Translations under genes and position numbers: made by a program
Shown here: positions 49,601 to 58,373 of the stretch, piece by piece
Numbering within the stretch: position 1 is the stretch's first letter
Layout of the letters: every line of letters begins with the position of its first letter
The notes under the pieces: generated by a model
Databases searched by the model: none
Seen by the model: only the letters and a program-made list of their open reading frames with translations
What the model was told of the DNA's origin: nothing
Assembly (NCBI GenBank): GCA_043821645.1
Contig: JBDRCO010000081.1
Location: 32,484-96,483 of the forward strand
Direction of reading: 5' to 3'
From: Pseudomonadota bacterium
Lineage (GTDB): Bacteria; Myxococcota; JACRCW01; JAFGSX01
Length of the DNA stretch: 64,000 bases

Positions 49601-51039
49601 TCCCCGTCGCGACCATCGACGACCGACTACCGCACGAAAACCTGCTGCAGAAGAACCACAGACGGTTGCTGCTGCTGCTGCCCTGGATGAACCTTGGCGG
49701 CTCGGACAAGTTCAACCTCGACCTGGTCCAGCAGCTCGCAGGCAGGGACTGGGAGATCACGATCGCGACCACGCGGCAGGGAGATAACCAGTGGGCCCCG
49801 GAGTTCGCCCGGACGACGCCGGACATCTTCATCCTCGACCATTTCCTGGACCCGGCGGACTATCCGCGCTTCTTGCGCTACCTCATCGGCTCGAGGCAGG
49901 TGGACGCGGTGCTGATCGCGCACAGCGAGCTGGGCTACCAGTTGCTGCCTTACCTGCGCGCGCACTGTCCCGAGCTGCCCGTGCTGGACTTCTGCCACAT
50001 CGTCGAGCCGGGGTGGAAGAACGGCGGCTATCCACACCTGGCCCTGCGCTACCAGGAACTCCTCGACCTCAACGTCGTTGCCTCGCATCACGTGCGCGAG
50101 TGGATGGTCGAGCGGGGCGGCGAGGCCGGGCGCATCGAGGTCTGCCACCTGGGCGTCGACACCGAGGCGTGGCATCCCGACCCGGCGATCCGAGCGCGCG
50201 TGCGAGCCGAGCTCGGTCTCGACGAGAACGCGGCCGTCCTTCTGTTTGCCGCACGGATCGTCGAGCAGAAGCAGCCCGCGGTCCTGGCGAGGACCCTGGA
50301 GCTGCTCCGCGCGCAGGGGACCCGGTTCACTGCCCTGGTGGCCGGCGATGGCCCCATGGAGCCCTGGCTCAAAACCGCGTTGCAGGCGCGCCACCTGCTC
50401 GACGACGTGCGCCTGCTCGGTGCCCTGCCCAGCACGCGGATCCAAGAGCTGATGACTGCAGCGGATGTCTTCTTCTTGCCCTCGCAGTGGGAGGGCATCG
50501 CCCTCGGCCTGTACGAGGCCATGGCGTCTGGACTGCCGGTGGTCGGTGCCGACGTGGGGGGACAGCGGGAACTGGTCCTCCCCGAGACCGGCATCCTGCT
50601 GCCGCGCGGCAGCGAGGACGAAGAGGCGCACCGCTACGCCGATGCGCTCGGGCAACTGCTGCGCGATCGCCCGCGCCGCGCGGCCATGTCCCGGGCAGCG
50701 CGCGCCCGGGTCGTGGAGGGGTTCTCGATGCCGCAGCTGACCGCGCGCATGATCGAACTGATCGAGCGCGCCGGTGCTCTGCACACCCGTCAGCCGCGAC
50801 AGGCCCCGAGCGTGCCACTCGGCCGCGCCGCGGCCACCGAGGTGATCGAGGCCGCGCGCCTGGCGGCGTTTGCGGACGATCTGTGGTCCGAGCGCGAGGC
50901 CGCCAGCCCGGGCGCTGCGGTCCTCGCCGCCATCCAGCGCTCCGTCCGCTCAGAAACCTGGCACTGGCTGGACCGTGGACGACACCGGCTGCGTCCGCTG
51001 ACCTATCGGATGCGGCGACTCCTGCAGCGCGGGCAGTGA
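46657..51039 (+). CDS. Multidomain glycosyltransferase: N-terminal alpha-helical (prenyltransferase/squalene-cyclase-like) domain + GT2 + GT2 + GT4
   Basis: Two GT2 sets (IDDGSTD/LDPDD/EDWDLW and VNDGS/LDSDN/EDWDFW). GT4 PSQWEG..YEAMASG. N-terminal QxxETGSF and QxxxSGLW QW-like motifs. Confidence 0.85.
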   Translation: MRTGSSSPSRHALTPDGKLAGYRARMLPWLLTGSARTTPRDTLFATAHRVLLASGLGALEEIPASIRRVWGQEILGAQRRETGSFASRRARLTVPGDRFPPVDVTTCADTWLALQALDALGITAKHPLRFLDRLKTDEDWAAQLASLAWSDPLETSAQVCALLSFLIYRTEVEGHADTPAVYHRTLDRLEAQREHRSGLWRASEGGSLQAAIVATSRIAACFEYVHRPLTRVSGILDAALSLELASDSRGAAARTDALVHHALSRLLAGALGRHRYRCDEIHDALVELGHHISTTAMPRGGERWVRSRDVGASLQTTCLRAWSLAFIEQATKAGDPGVRQGFFSRRPGIGFHRPAGSLSEAEQAVLPRWVPSLHTLGFAKPDTAPGQAAISVVVPCFNLGHYLPEALGSLARQTTQDFEVIVIDDGSTDAFTRFLLRHWDGESRRVRVMTQSNQGVAAARNHAIRHAVGRYICCLDPDDTLRPDFLRQALAVLDSEADVGFVSGHFQVFDEREELFEYASCEPPDLLVHNTVVEPAVFRRSAWEKAGGYFGGFSSPGIEDWDLWIHLVEQGYRGHILPQIVWDYRDRIDQMSVTMYRPDVWSRLIGELAGRHARLFQQYLPEVVSGNARLRAQALAWARDRERARDWWQTQAGNWRREATRRTAAAQVLHDIVKTPRALTPAAPAPGEPALAPEATAELRRPDAVRSPGMGSGAPDHASPPGSSTRPGFAYRPAGDATPGVTIVTPFFDTGPIFHETARSVLGQSFQHWQWLIVNDGSMDAEALATLASYRRSDPRIVVIDLATNRGPGAARNVGFARARTEWVVQLDSDNLLEPTAVEKWLWFLVTHPQHAFVKGFSVGFGAQNYLWRRGFHDREAFLERNLVDATCLIRSSVHREVGGYDEAIRHGLEDWDFWLRCADAGHWGDTLPEFLDWYRRRPDHSRRWPTWDEGARQRRFHQQLRARYTSLWRGHFPRPPTRASLPVATIDDRLPHENLLQKNHRRLLLLLPWMNLGGSDKFNLDLVQQLAGRDWEITIATTRQGDNQWAPEFARTTPDIFILDHFLDPADYPRFLRYLIGSRQVDAVLIAHSELGYQLLPYLRAHCPELPVLDFCHIVEPGWKNGGYPHLALRYQELLDLNVVASHHVREWMVERGGEAGRIEVCHLGVDTEAWHPDPAIRARVRAELGLDENAAVLLFAARIVEQKQPAVLARTLELLRAQGTRFTALVAGDGPMEPWLKTALQARHLLDDVRLLGALPSTRIQELMTAADVFFLPSQWEGIALGLYEAMASGLPVVGADVGGQRELVLPETGILLPRGSEDEEAHRYADALGQLLRDRPRRAAMSRAARARVVEGFSMPQLTARMIELIERAGALHTRQPRQAPSVPLGRAAATEVIEAARLAAFADDLWSEREAASPGAAVLAAIQRSVRSETWHWLDRGRHRLRPLTYRMRRLLQRGQ

Positions 51040-51277
51040 CGCCTCAGGGACCGTGTTCTGTTCGAGGTCGAAACCGACCCCACCGTCTTTCTCGTTGCGG
51101 ACTTCGTCCGGGGCAGGGATCGTTGGCAGCGGGTCCTGGGCGAATGTGCGCTGCCCTCGACCGGCCGCGACGGGCGTCGAGTTCGTGCCTGCGCGCGCAT
51201 GGCGGTCCGGTGCCTGAGCCAGGAGGCCCGGCACCAGGGTCTGCTGACCGAGGACCACAGGAGAGCACGGATCCCGC

Positions 51278-52066
51278 ATGAGTCACCCGACCGCCACGCC
51301 AGGCAGACCGCTCGTTCACCTCGGCGATCTGCTGCGCGAGCTGGTGAACCGGGACCTGAAGGCGCGCTACAAGCGCTCGGTGCTGGGCATCGCCTGGTCC
51401 TTGCTGGTCCCCCTGGCCCAGCTCCTGGTGCTGTACTTCGTCTTTCACTATGCGCTCCCGCTCAGCGTGCCCCATTACACGAGTTTCCTCATCACCGGCA
51501 TCCTGCCGTGGAGCTGGTTTCACGCCTCGCTGTCATCGGCCACCGTGTCCGTCGTCGAGAACCGTGAGCTGACCTCGCAGCCCGGCTTTCCGGTGACCCT
51601 GCTGCCCGTGGCCAGTGTGACCTCGCAGGGCCTGCACTTCCTGCTCGGTATCCCCATCGTGGTCGTGCTGCTGGGAATAGACGGCTACGGCTTCTCGCCT
51701 GCCCTGCTGAGCCTGCCGCTGATCGTCGCGCTCCAGTTCGTGTTCACGGTCGGGCTCGCCTACTTCGCCGCCGCCCTGCACGTGCTGTTCGAGGACACCC
51801 GCTATCTGCTCGGGATCGCGCTGATGTTGCTCTTTTACGTGACACCCATCTTCTACGATCCGGCCATCGTGCCCGAGCAGTACCGGTCGCTGCTGATGCT
51901 GAACCCCATGGCCGTGCTGCTCGTGATCTACCGCAGCGTCTTGCTCGAGGGTGAGCTGCCGGCGGCCTGGGCCTGGTTCTCCATGACGGCGGTGTCGGTG
52001 GTCATCTTCGGCGCGGGCTACCTCACCTTCTGGCGGACCCGGTTCCGCTTCGCGGAGGATCTGTAG
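51278..52066 (+). CDS. wzm: ABC-2 polysaccharide export permease
   Basis: RDLKARYKRSVLGIAWSLL, TPIFY and LNPM motifs, six TM helices. Confidence 0.93.
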   Translation: MSHPTATPGRPLVHLGDLLRELVNRDLKARYKRSVLGIAWSLLVPLAQLLVLYFVFHYALPLSVPHYTSFLITGILPWSWFHASLSSATVSVVENRELTSQPGFPVTLLPVASVTSQGLHFLLGIPIVVVLLGIDGYGFSPALLSLPLIVALQFVFTVGLAYFAAALHVLFEDTRYLLGIALMLLFYVTPIFYDPAIVPEQYRSLLMLNPMAVLLVIYRSVLLEGELPAAWAWFSMTAVSVVIFGAGYLTFWRTRFRFAEDL

Positions 52067-53320
52067 GTGGAGCCCGTCATCCAGGCGCGCGATCTGGGCA
52101 AGCGCTATCGCCGCTACCACCCCGATCGCCCCCGCACCTTGCACGACGCCGTGCTCGGCGGCTTCCGGCGCCTGCGCGGGGTCGAGACCTTCTGGGCCCT
52201 GCGCCACCTCGATCTCGCCATTCAGCCGGGAAGGACGGTCGGCGTGCTGGGGCGCAACGGCGCGGGCAAGTCGACCCTGCTGCGGCTGGTCGGCGGGATA
52301 GGCCGGCCCGACGAGGGAGCCGTCACCACCCGCGGACGCATCGGCGCCATCCTGACCCTGGGGGCCGGCTTTCACGGCAACCTCACGGGTCGCGAGAATG
52401 TCTACCTCAGCGGCACCATCCAGGGCATGACCCGGCGCGAGGTCGACCAGCGCTTCGACGCGATCGTGGATTTCGCCGAGCTGGCAGAGTTCATCGATGC
52501 TCCCCTGCGCGTGTACAGCAGCGGCATGCGCATGCGCCTGGCCTTTGCCGTCGCCGTCCACGTCGAGCCCGATGTGCTGCTCATCGATGAAGTGCTCGCC
52601 GTGGGGGACCTGGCCTTTCAGCGCAAGTGTCTGAAGCGCATCGCCGACTTTCAGGCCCGGGGCTGCGCCATCCTGCTCGCCTCGCACCAGCAAGAAGTCA
52701 TTCGCGAGCTCTGCGACGAGGCCATATGGCTGGAGTCCGGCCAGCCCTTCGCCACGGGCGCGGCGGGCACCGTGCTCGATCGCTACCTGGAGACGGCCTA
52801 CCCCCTGTCGAGCGCAGTTCCGGTCACGCGTCGCCGAAGCGCGGGATCGCAACAGGCGAGAAGCCTCGCACGCACGGCCCACCGTCATGGCACGCGCGAG
52901 GTCGAGATCGTGGACGTGCAGATCCTGGACAGCCACGGAGAGCCCATCACGGCGATCCACGCGGGATCACCGATCACCGTGGAGTTGGGCTACCAGGTTC
53001 GCGGACCCATCCGCTCGGCCGCCTTTCAGGTGTACATTGTTCGCGCCGACGGGCTGGCCTGCCTGGACCTGGGCAAGGATAGCGCCCAGCTCGGCCTGCC
53101 ATCGCTGCCAGACGAGGGTCGCCTGCGGGTCCACATCGGCCGATTGGATCTCAACCACGGCATGCATTACGTCAACGTGTCTTGCTACTCCTTCGACTGG
53201 CGAGAGAACTATGACTGCCACGAGTGGACCTATCCCATCGAGATCCTCGACACGGGCGTCGAAGATGGCGTGCTCTTCGCACCGCACGCCTGGGTCGTCG
53301 ATCCCAGAGGAGACCGCTGA
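52067..53320 (+). CDS. wzt: ABC polysaccharide export ATPase with a C-terminal Wzt_C domain
   Basis: GRNGAGKST, YSSGMRMRLAF and DEVLAVGD, plus a ~170-aa C-terminal Ig-like extension. Confidence 0.93.
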   Translation: MEPVIQARDLGKRYRRYHPDRPRTLHDAVLGGFRRLRGVETFWALRHLDLAIQPGRTVGVLGRNGAGKSTLLRLVGGIGRPDEGAVTTRGRIGAILTLGAGFHGNLTGRENVYLSGTIQGMTRREVDQRFDAIVDFAELAEFIDAPLRVYSSGMRMRLAFAVAVHVEPDVLLIDEVLAVGDLAFQRKCLKRIADFQARGCAILLASHQQEVIRELCDEAIWLESGQPFATGAAGTVLDRYLETAYPLSSAVPVTRRRSAGSQQARSLARTAHRHGTREVEIVDVQILDSHGEPITAIHAGSPITVELGYQVRGPIRSAAFQVYIVRADGLACLDLGKDSAQLGLPSLPDEGRLRVHIGRLDLNHGMHYVNVSCYSFDWRENYDCHEWTYPIEILDTGVEDGVLFAPHAWVVDPRGDR

Positions 53321-53540
53321 TGCCCTCGGCCCGAGGTGCCCTTGACCCTCGGATGACATCCAGCCACCTTGCCTGCACCTGCCCTTCGACAGGGCCTCCT
53401 ATGGGATCTTGCGTCCGGGCGCTCTGGCCTCAGTGAGCGTGACCGTCCCTCGCCTGATCGAACGCTTCGCCCCTTCGTCCGTGATCGACGTGGGGCCCGG
53501 AGCGGGTCGCCGCTGAGTCGCGTGGTCACGCCCGTTGCGC

Positions 53541-54638
53541 TCAGCGGGACGTGCGACCGTGCCCACTCGCTGCGGCACGGACCATCCCGCCCAGCGATCC
53601 CGGGTATATCTCCGGGGCGGCGAAGATGGGATCACGGAGCACGGCCAGCAGCTCGGCATGGCGCGGATGTCCTGGCAGGTGCACCGCCCGGCGACGGAAC
53701 TCCTCGGCATCGAAGGTGCCCCAATTCGACAGCTGTCCGAAGTTGATCTCGTCGACGCCGTGGCGCTGGCCGAGGCGCACGAAGTCGGCCATTTCCTCGA
53801 AGTTGTTCTGCTGCACCACCATGCTGAAGATCAGGGTGCTCAGGCTGCCTCGCCGCCGCAGGCTGGAGATATAGTCGAGGTTCTTGAGCAAGGTATCGAA
53901 GCGCCCGCCACGCCGGTTCTCGGCGTAGGTCGTCGCGCTGGCCGCGTCGATGGAGATCTCGGCGCTGTGGATGCGAGCGCGAACCGGGGCAGGAATCTTG
54001 TGCCACATGCGGCGCGTCCACAGCAGGCCATTGGTGTGCAGGTGAATGTTCTGCAACTGCGGCATGGCGGACAGGTCCATCTCTCGCAGCCACCGCCTGT
54101 AAAAAGGGCTGCCGAAGGCGTCGCCAGCGCCCGAGATGTAAAGAAGTCGGGCGCCGCCCAGCACCTCGCGTTGCAGGACCTGCTGGATGCGCCTGTGGGT
54201 GGCGGTATGCTCGACCTCGAGGATGCGCCGGGTGCGACAGGTGGGGCAGCTGAGGTTGCACGAGATGTCGAAGGTGCAATTGATCTGCTGGGGGCCCCAG
54301 TCCAGGGTGTGCAGTCCTTGCTCGATGGCGCGGCGCAGATCGGGCTCCTGCACCTCGTCCTGCGACCGGACCGGACCCGAAGCGGTCTGCAGATTGGGGC
54401 AGAGCTCGCGATGGCAGAACTCAAAGCTGCCGTCGAGAACCGAGCGCCTGATGTCCCGCGCAGCCTCGCCGTTCCAGATGGCCTCGATCGGTTGCGCCAG
54501 GATGTTGCCCACGGGTCTGTCCAGCCAACCGGGGCAGCACAGAAAGACATCGCCCTTGGGCTGGTACCAGCCGGTGACCTCAAACCACCGAAACGGCCTG
54601 TCGCAGAACAGCCTGCCCTTGCCAGCGGGGTGCGGCAT
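53541..54638 (-). CDS. Radical SAM protein with an N-terminal SPASM/twitch-like Cys domain
   Basis: N-terminal CDRPF...CCP...GN...IWNG...C...CP, then SCNLSCPTC, GAGDAF, HTNG and SIDAA. Start approximate. Confidence 0.85.
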   Translation of the reverse strand: MPHPAGKGRLFCDRPFRWFEVTGWYQPKGDVFLCCPGWLDRPVGNILAQPIEAIWNGEAARDIRRSVLDGSFEFCHRELCPNLQTASGPVRSQDEVQEPDLRRAIEQGLHTLDWGPQQINCTFDISCNLSCPTCRTRRILEVEHTATHRRIQQVLQREVLGGARLLYISGAGDAFGSPFYRRWLREMDLSAMPQLQNIHLHTNGLLWTRRMWHKIPAPVRARIHSAEISIDAASATTYAENRRGGRFDTLLKNLDYISSLRRRGSLSTLIFSMVVQQNNFEEMADFVRLGQRHGVDEINFGQLSNWGTFDAEEFRRRAVHLPGHPRHAELLAVLRDPIFAAPEIYPGSLGGMVRAAASGHGRTSR

Positions 54639-54961
54639 TCAGCGTCCTTGGAGCGCGACGAGGGTCGTGCTCACGTCGTGGGCCACCCGCCGGATCCCGC
54701 CCGACTCCTGCCTCAGGTCGCACGAGCCCCTGGCGTAGAGATCGATCACCTGCCGTCCACATCGCCGTCCGAGGCACAAGGTCATGTCCTGATGTTACGG
54801 TCGTCCCTGGTGCCGAGCAACGCAGGTCTCGTGACGAGACCGTCATCGCACGCCCAGCTCCATGTGCGGTGTCGCGGGGGCACACTCTTTGTTGGCGCCG
54901 CGTCCCGCGCAAGCACGTCCCCCCTTGACCCCGACCCGTCCCCCGCGCGAGCGTGGTGTCC

Positions 54962-56026
54962 ATGGCCACTGCCCCGCCGCCCCGTCGTCACATGCTGAGC
55001 CTGGGCCAGCGCGTGTTGGCCCAGCTGCACTACCTGCGGCGCCCCGTGCTGCGCTTCTTTCCGGTGCTGCTGGTGTTCTGCGCCGTGCTGCTGCTCGGGG
55101 GCCTCGCCTTTCACCTGCTGTATCGCAGGGAAACGCTGGACTATCCCACGGCCCTGTACGTGACCTACTCGCTTGTTTTCATGGAACATCTCCTGCCGTG
55201 GCCGAAGCACCTGCTGCTGCAGATCCTTTACTTCGCGCTGCCGCCCCTGGGGCTGGTGGTGCTGCTCGACGGACTGGTGCAATTCGGCGGTCGCGTGCTC
55301 AGGCGCGACGCCACCAGCCGGGAATGGAACCACGCCATGATCGAGACCCTGCGCGACCACGTGATCCTGTGCGGCCTGGGCAAGGCCGGCATCCGCACCC
55401 TCGAGGTGCTGGTGCGCCTCGGCGAAAAGGTCTGCGTGCTCGAAAAAGACCCGCACAGCCCCAACCTGGCCTGGGCGCGGCAGCACGGCGTGCCCGTCAT
55501 CATCGGCTCGGGTCGCGAGGCCGGCATCTTCGAGCAGCTCAACACCGAGCACGCCAAATCCATCATCCTGGCCACCGACGACGATCTGGCCAACCTGGAG
55601 ATGGCCCTGGACGCGCGCAAGGTCAACGCCACCATCCACGTGGTGCTGCGCCTGTTCGATCAGGAGCTGGCGCAAAAGATTCGCGACTCCTTCGACATCC
55701 CGGTGGCCTTCAGCACCACGGCGCTGGCGGCGCCGCTGTTCGCCACCGCCTCGTCGGATTCGACCATCGTCAACGCCTTCGAGGTGGGCGGGACACTGCT
55801 GGTGGTGGCGCGGGTGCAGGTGGCGGCGGGCTCAACGCTGGTCGGCAGCAGCGTGGGCGAGCTGACCCGACCGCACAATCTGTGGGCGCTGTCGCTGGAA
55901 CGCGGTGACGACGACAAGTTCTGCCCCGACGAGACCACCGTGCTGGCCGCCGGCGACGTGCTCACGGTGCAGACAGAGCCGGCGGTGCTGCGCGAGCTGC
56001 ACAAGCGCAACAGGGTGGCGAGCTAG
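54962..56026 (+). CDS. TrkA-N/RCK-domain potassium channel-like protein
   Basis: TM-pore-TM N-terminus, DHVILCGLGKAG, TDDDLANLE and a C-terminal TrkA-C. Start is 54962 or 54992. Confidence 0.85.
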   Translation: MATAPPPRRHMLSLGQRVLAQLHYLRRPVLRFFPVLLVFCAVLLLGGLAFHLLYRRETLDYPTALYVTYSLVFMEHLLPWPKHLLLQILYFALPPLGLVVLLDGLVQFGGRVLRRDATSREWNHAMIETLRDHVILCGLGKAGIRTLEVLVRLGEKVCVLEKDPHSPNLAWARQHGVPVIIGSGREAGIFEQLNTEHAKSIILATDDDLANLEMALDARKVNATIHVVLRLFDQELAQKIRDSFDIPVAFSTTALAAPLFATASSDSTIVNAFEVGGTLLVVARVQVAAGSTLVGSSVGELTRPHNLWALSLERGDDDKFCPDETTVLAAGDVLTVQTEPAVLRELHKRNRVAS

Positions 56027-56216
56027 GCGAATCCTGTGTGGAATCTGGCTGTGCGCGGACGCGGCGCCGGGTCACAGAATTGCCCGCTTGGGGCCCGTCA
56101 TGGCTTGCCGCACATCCCCGAGCGCTCTACTGTACATATTCGCACGTTTGGCCTGATTGCCTGCGGTCTGGTCCCGCGTTTTTTTCACGAATCCATAGTG
56201 CTGTGAGACAGCGAGG

Positions 56217-58373
56217 ATGACGATGAGCCATCGATCGCGTGCCGGTTGCGAAGCCCTGTCCTGGATGCGTGCTGGCCGCCCTGGCCTGCTCGCGCTCGCA
56301 CTCTGCGCCCTGTGCGCCTGCCCGCCCGAGGGCGGCGACGACGCGGGAGCCGTGGCAGATGCCGGCGGTCGAGACGCTGCCACGACCGATGCTTCTGGAA
56401 GCGACGCGATGCCGCTCGACGTCACCGGCGCGGACCTGCAGCTCACCGACGCCACCGCGGCAGACCTGGCCAGCGGCGACAGCGCGTCCAGGGACGCGAC
56501 GGCTGCCGACGCCCTGGTCGGCGATACCAGCAGCGCCGCTGATGGCGCTGGTGACGCCGCCGGCGCAGATTCCGCGATCGCCGACGCTGGCACCAGCGAC
56601 GGCGCGGTGGTGGTCACGGGTCCCTGCGCGACCTCCGCGGTGCTGGAGCTGCAGGACGACGGCGACGGCAACTTCAGCCTCAGCGGCAGCCTGTCGACCA
56701 GCGATGGCCTGCGCGGCAGCTGCGCCAGCGACTACCTCGCCAGCGAGACCGTGGTTCGCTTCGTGGCGCCGACGGCGGGTCGCTATCGCTTCAGCACTGC
56801 CGCCAGCGCGGCGTCCCTGGACAGCGTGCTGTCCCTGCGCAGCGTCTGCGGCGAGCCCTTGAGCGAGCTCGGCTGCGACGACAACAGCGGACCGGGTCTG
56901 CGCAGCCAGCTCTTCGCAGACCTGGCGGCGAGCGAGACCGTGTACGTGATCGTCGATCAGTATCGTGGCCTCGTGGCCAGCGCCTTCACCCTGGAGGTTG
57001 ACCCCATCGCAGGCAGCGCGCCCGTGCTGGCCAGCGTCGACGCCTATCTCGACGCCACCCGTCCGTCGCTGGGGCTCGTGATCGGCGGTCAGGAGGCGGA
57101 CCAGGATCTGCTGCTGGCCGAGCTCGAGCTGCGCGATGCCGCAGGCAGCGCCTTGCCCCTGGGGGGCTTTGTGCCCCTGGTCGTGTCCAGCAGCGCCCTG
57201 TCCTCGGAGCTAAGCTACACCAGCGGCGACTTCGCATGGCGCGTCGCCCTGCCTGGAGTCTCGATGTCAGCCTCGGCGACCAGCGTGCACGTCGTCGTGC
57301 AGGACAGCCAGGGCCGGCGCAGCAATGGTTTGCTCGCCAGCCTGGTGGCCAGGCCCAGCGTGGCCGTGGATCAGGCCTGCGACGCGCGCGCGATCTTTGA
57401 CCTGTGCGCTGCCAACCTGTCCTGCCAGCTGGTGGGCAACGATCACCTGTGCCGCCCGGCCACCGCGCCGAGCCTGAGCAGCGCGCTGGTGTTCTTCAAC
57501 CTCGACGTCAACGCCCTGGGCGTGCACGTCGCCGGCAGCGACGCCGAGCTCGATGTACGCCAGGCCGAGGTGCTGCTGCTCGACGCCCTGGGCGCGCGCA
57601 TCGTCGGCGAGGATCTCAACGGCCTGCCCACCACCCTCGGTCCGTTGCGGCTGAACCTGGCGGTGAGCACGGGCAGCGGCAGCTTCGATGCCTTTGGCAG
57701 CGCCCGGGTCGGCGACCGCTACGCCTGGCAGGACGCCACCCAGGCCGAGGTGACAGCCATCGACGCGGCCGGCCTGCGCAGCACGCCCTCGACCGTGGCC
57801 GTGAACGCGCCGGTGACCGCGCCCAGCGGCAGCTGGTGCGACGCCAACATGGGCTACAGCCTGTGTCCCGCGGGCGAGCTGTGCGGCTACGAGCCGCCGG
57901 CCGCGCCCACCTGCGTTGCCGAAGCCAGCGCCTGCCCGAGTGGCTGGGCGGTGGTGGCACTCGACCTGCAGCCCCCCGGTGGACAGCAGCTTTACCAGGT
58001 CGCAGGCGACAGCAGCGCCGCGGTCCCCCTGGCTGGCCGCGGCAGCTGCGGCGGTGGTGGGCCGCAGCAGGTGTTCAGCTTCACCTCGCCCCTGGCCGCG
58101 CGCTGGCGCTTTGCCCTGGGCGGTCCCGACGCCAGTGCCGACACCCTGCTGTTCGCGCGCCGCGCGTGCACGGCACCGCAGCCCGAGTACGAGCTGAGCT
58201 GCAACGACGACGTGGATCTGATGAGTCGCGACTACTCCAGCGCCTTCGAGCTGGACCTGGCGTCTGGTCAAACCATCTATCTGTTCGTCGACGGCCACGT
58301 CGGCCAGAGCCCCTCGTCGTCGTCGACCGGCTACGCCGGTCCCTACACCCAGACCGCGACGCGGAGGCCATGA
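56217..58373 (+). CDS. Cys-rich lipoprotein with two PPC/peptidase-C-terminal-like beta-sandwich domains
   Basis: Lipobox-like LCAC and a DA-rich linker. Two copies of GSC...FxxPxAxxxxF...DxxL..R..C...ELxCxD. Confidence 0.8.
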   Translation: MTMSHRSRAGCEALSWMRAGRPGLLALALCALCACPPEGGDDAGAVADAGGRDAATTDASGSDAMPLDVTGADLQLTDATAADLASGDSASRDATAADALVGDTSSAADGAGDAAGADSAIADAGTSDGAVVVTGPCATSAVLELQDDGDGNFSLSGSLSTSDGLRGSCASDYLASETVVRFVAPTAGRYRFSTAASAASLDSVLSLRSVCGEPLSELGCDDNSGPGLRSQLFADLAASETVYVIVDQYRGLVASAFTLEVDPIAGSAPVLASVDAYLDATRPSLGLVIGGQEADQDLLLAELELRDAAGSALPLGGFVPLVVSSSALSSELSYTSGDFAWRVALPGVSMSASATSVHVVVQDSQGRRSNGLLASLVARPSVAVDQACDARAIFDLCAANLSCQLVGNDHLCRPATAPSLSSALVFFNLDVNALGVHVAGSDAELDVRQAEVLLLDALGARIVGEDLNGLPTTLGPLRLNLAVSTGSGSFDAFGSARVGDRYAWQDATQAEVTAIDAAGLRSTPSTVAVNAPVTAPSGSWCDANMGYSLCPAGELCGYEPPAAPTCVAEASACPSGWAVVALDLQPPGGQQLYQVAGDSSAAVPLAGRGSCGGGGPQQVFSFTSPLAARWRFALGGPDASADTLLFARRACTAPQPEYELSCNDDVDLMSRDYSSAFELDLASGQTIYLFVDGHVGQSPSSSSTGYAGPYTQTATRRP

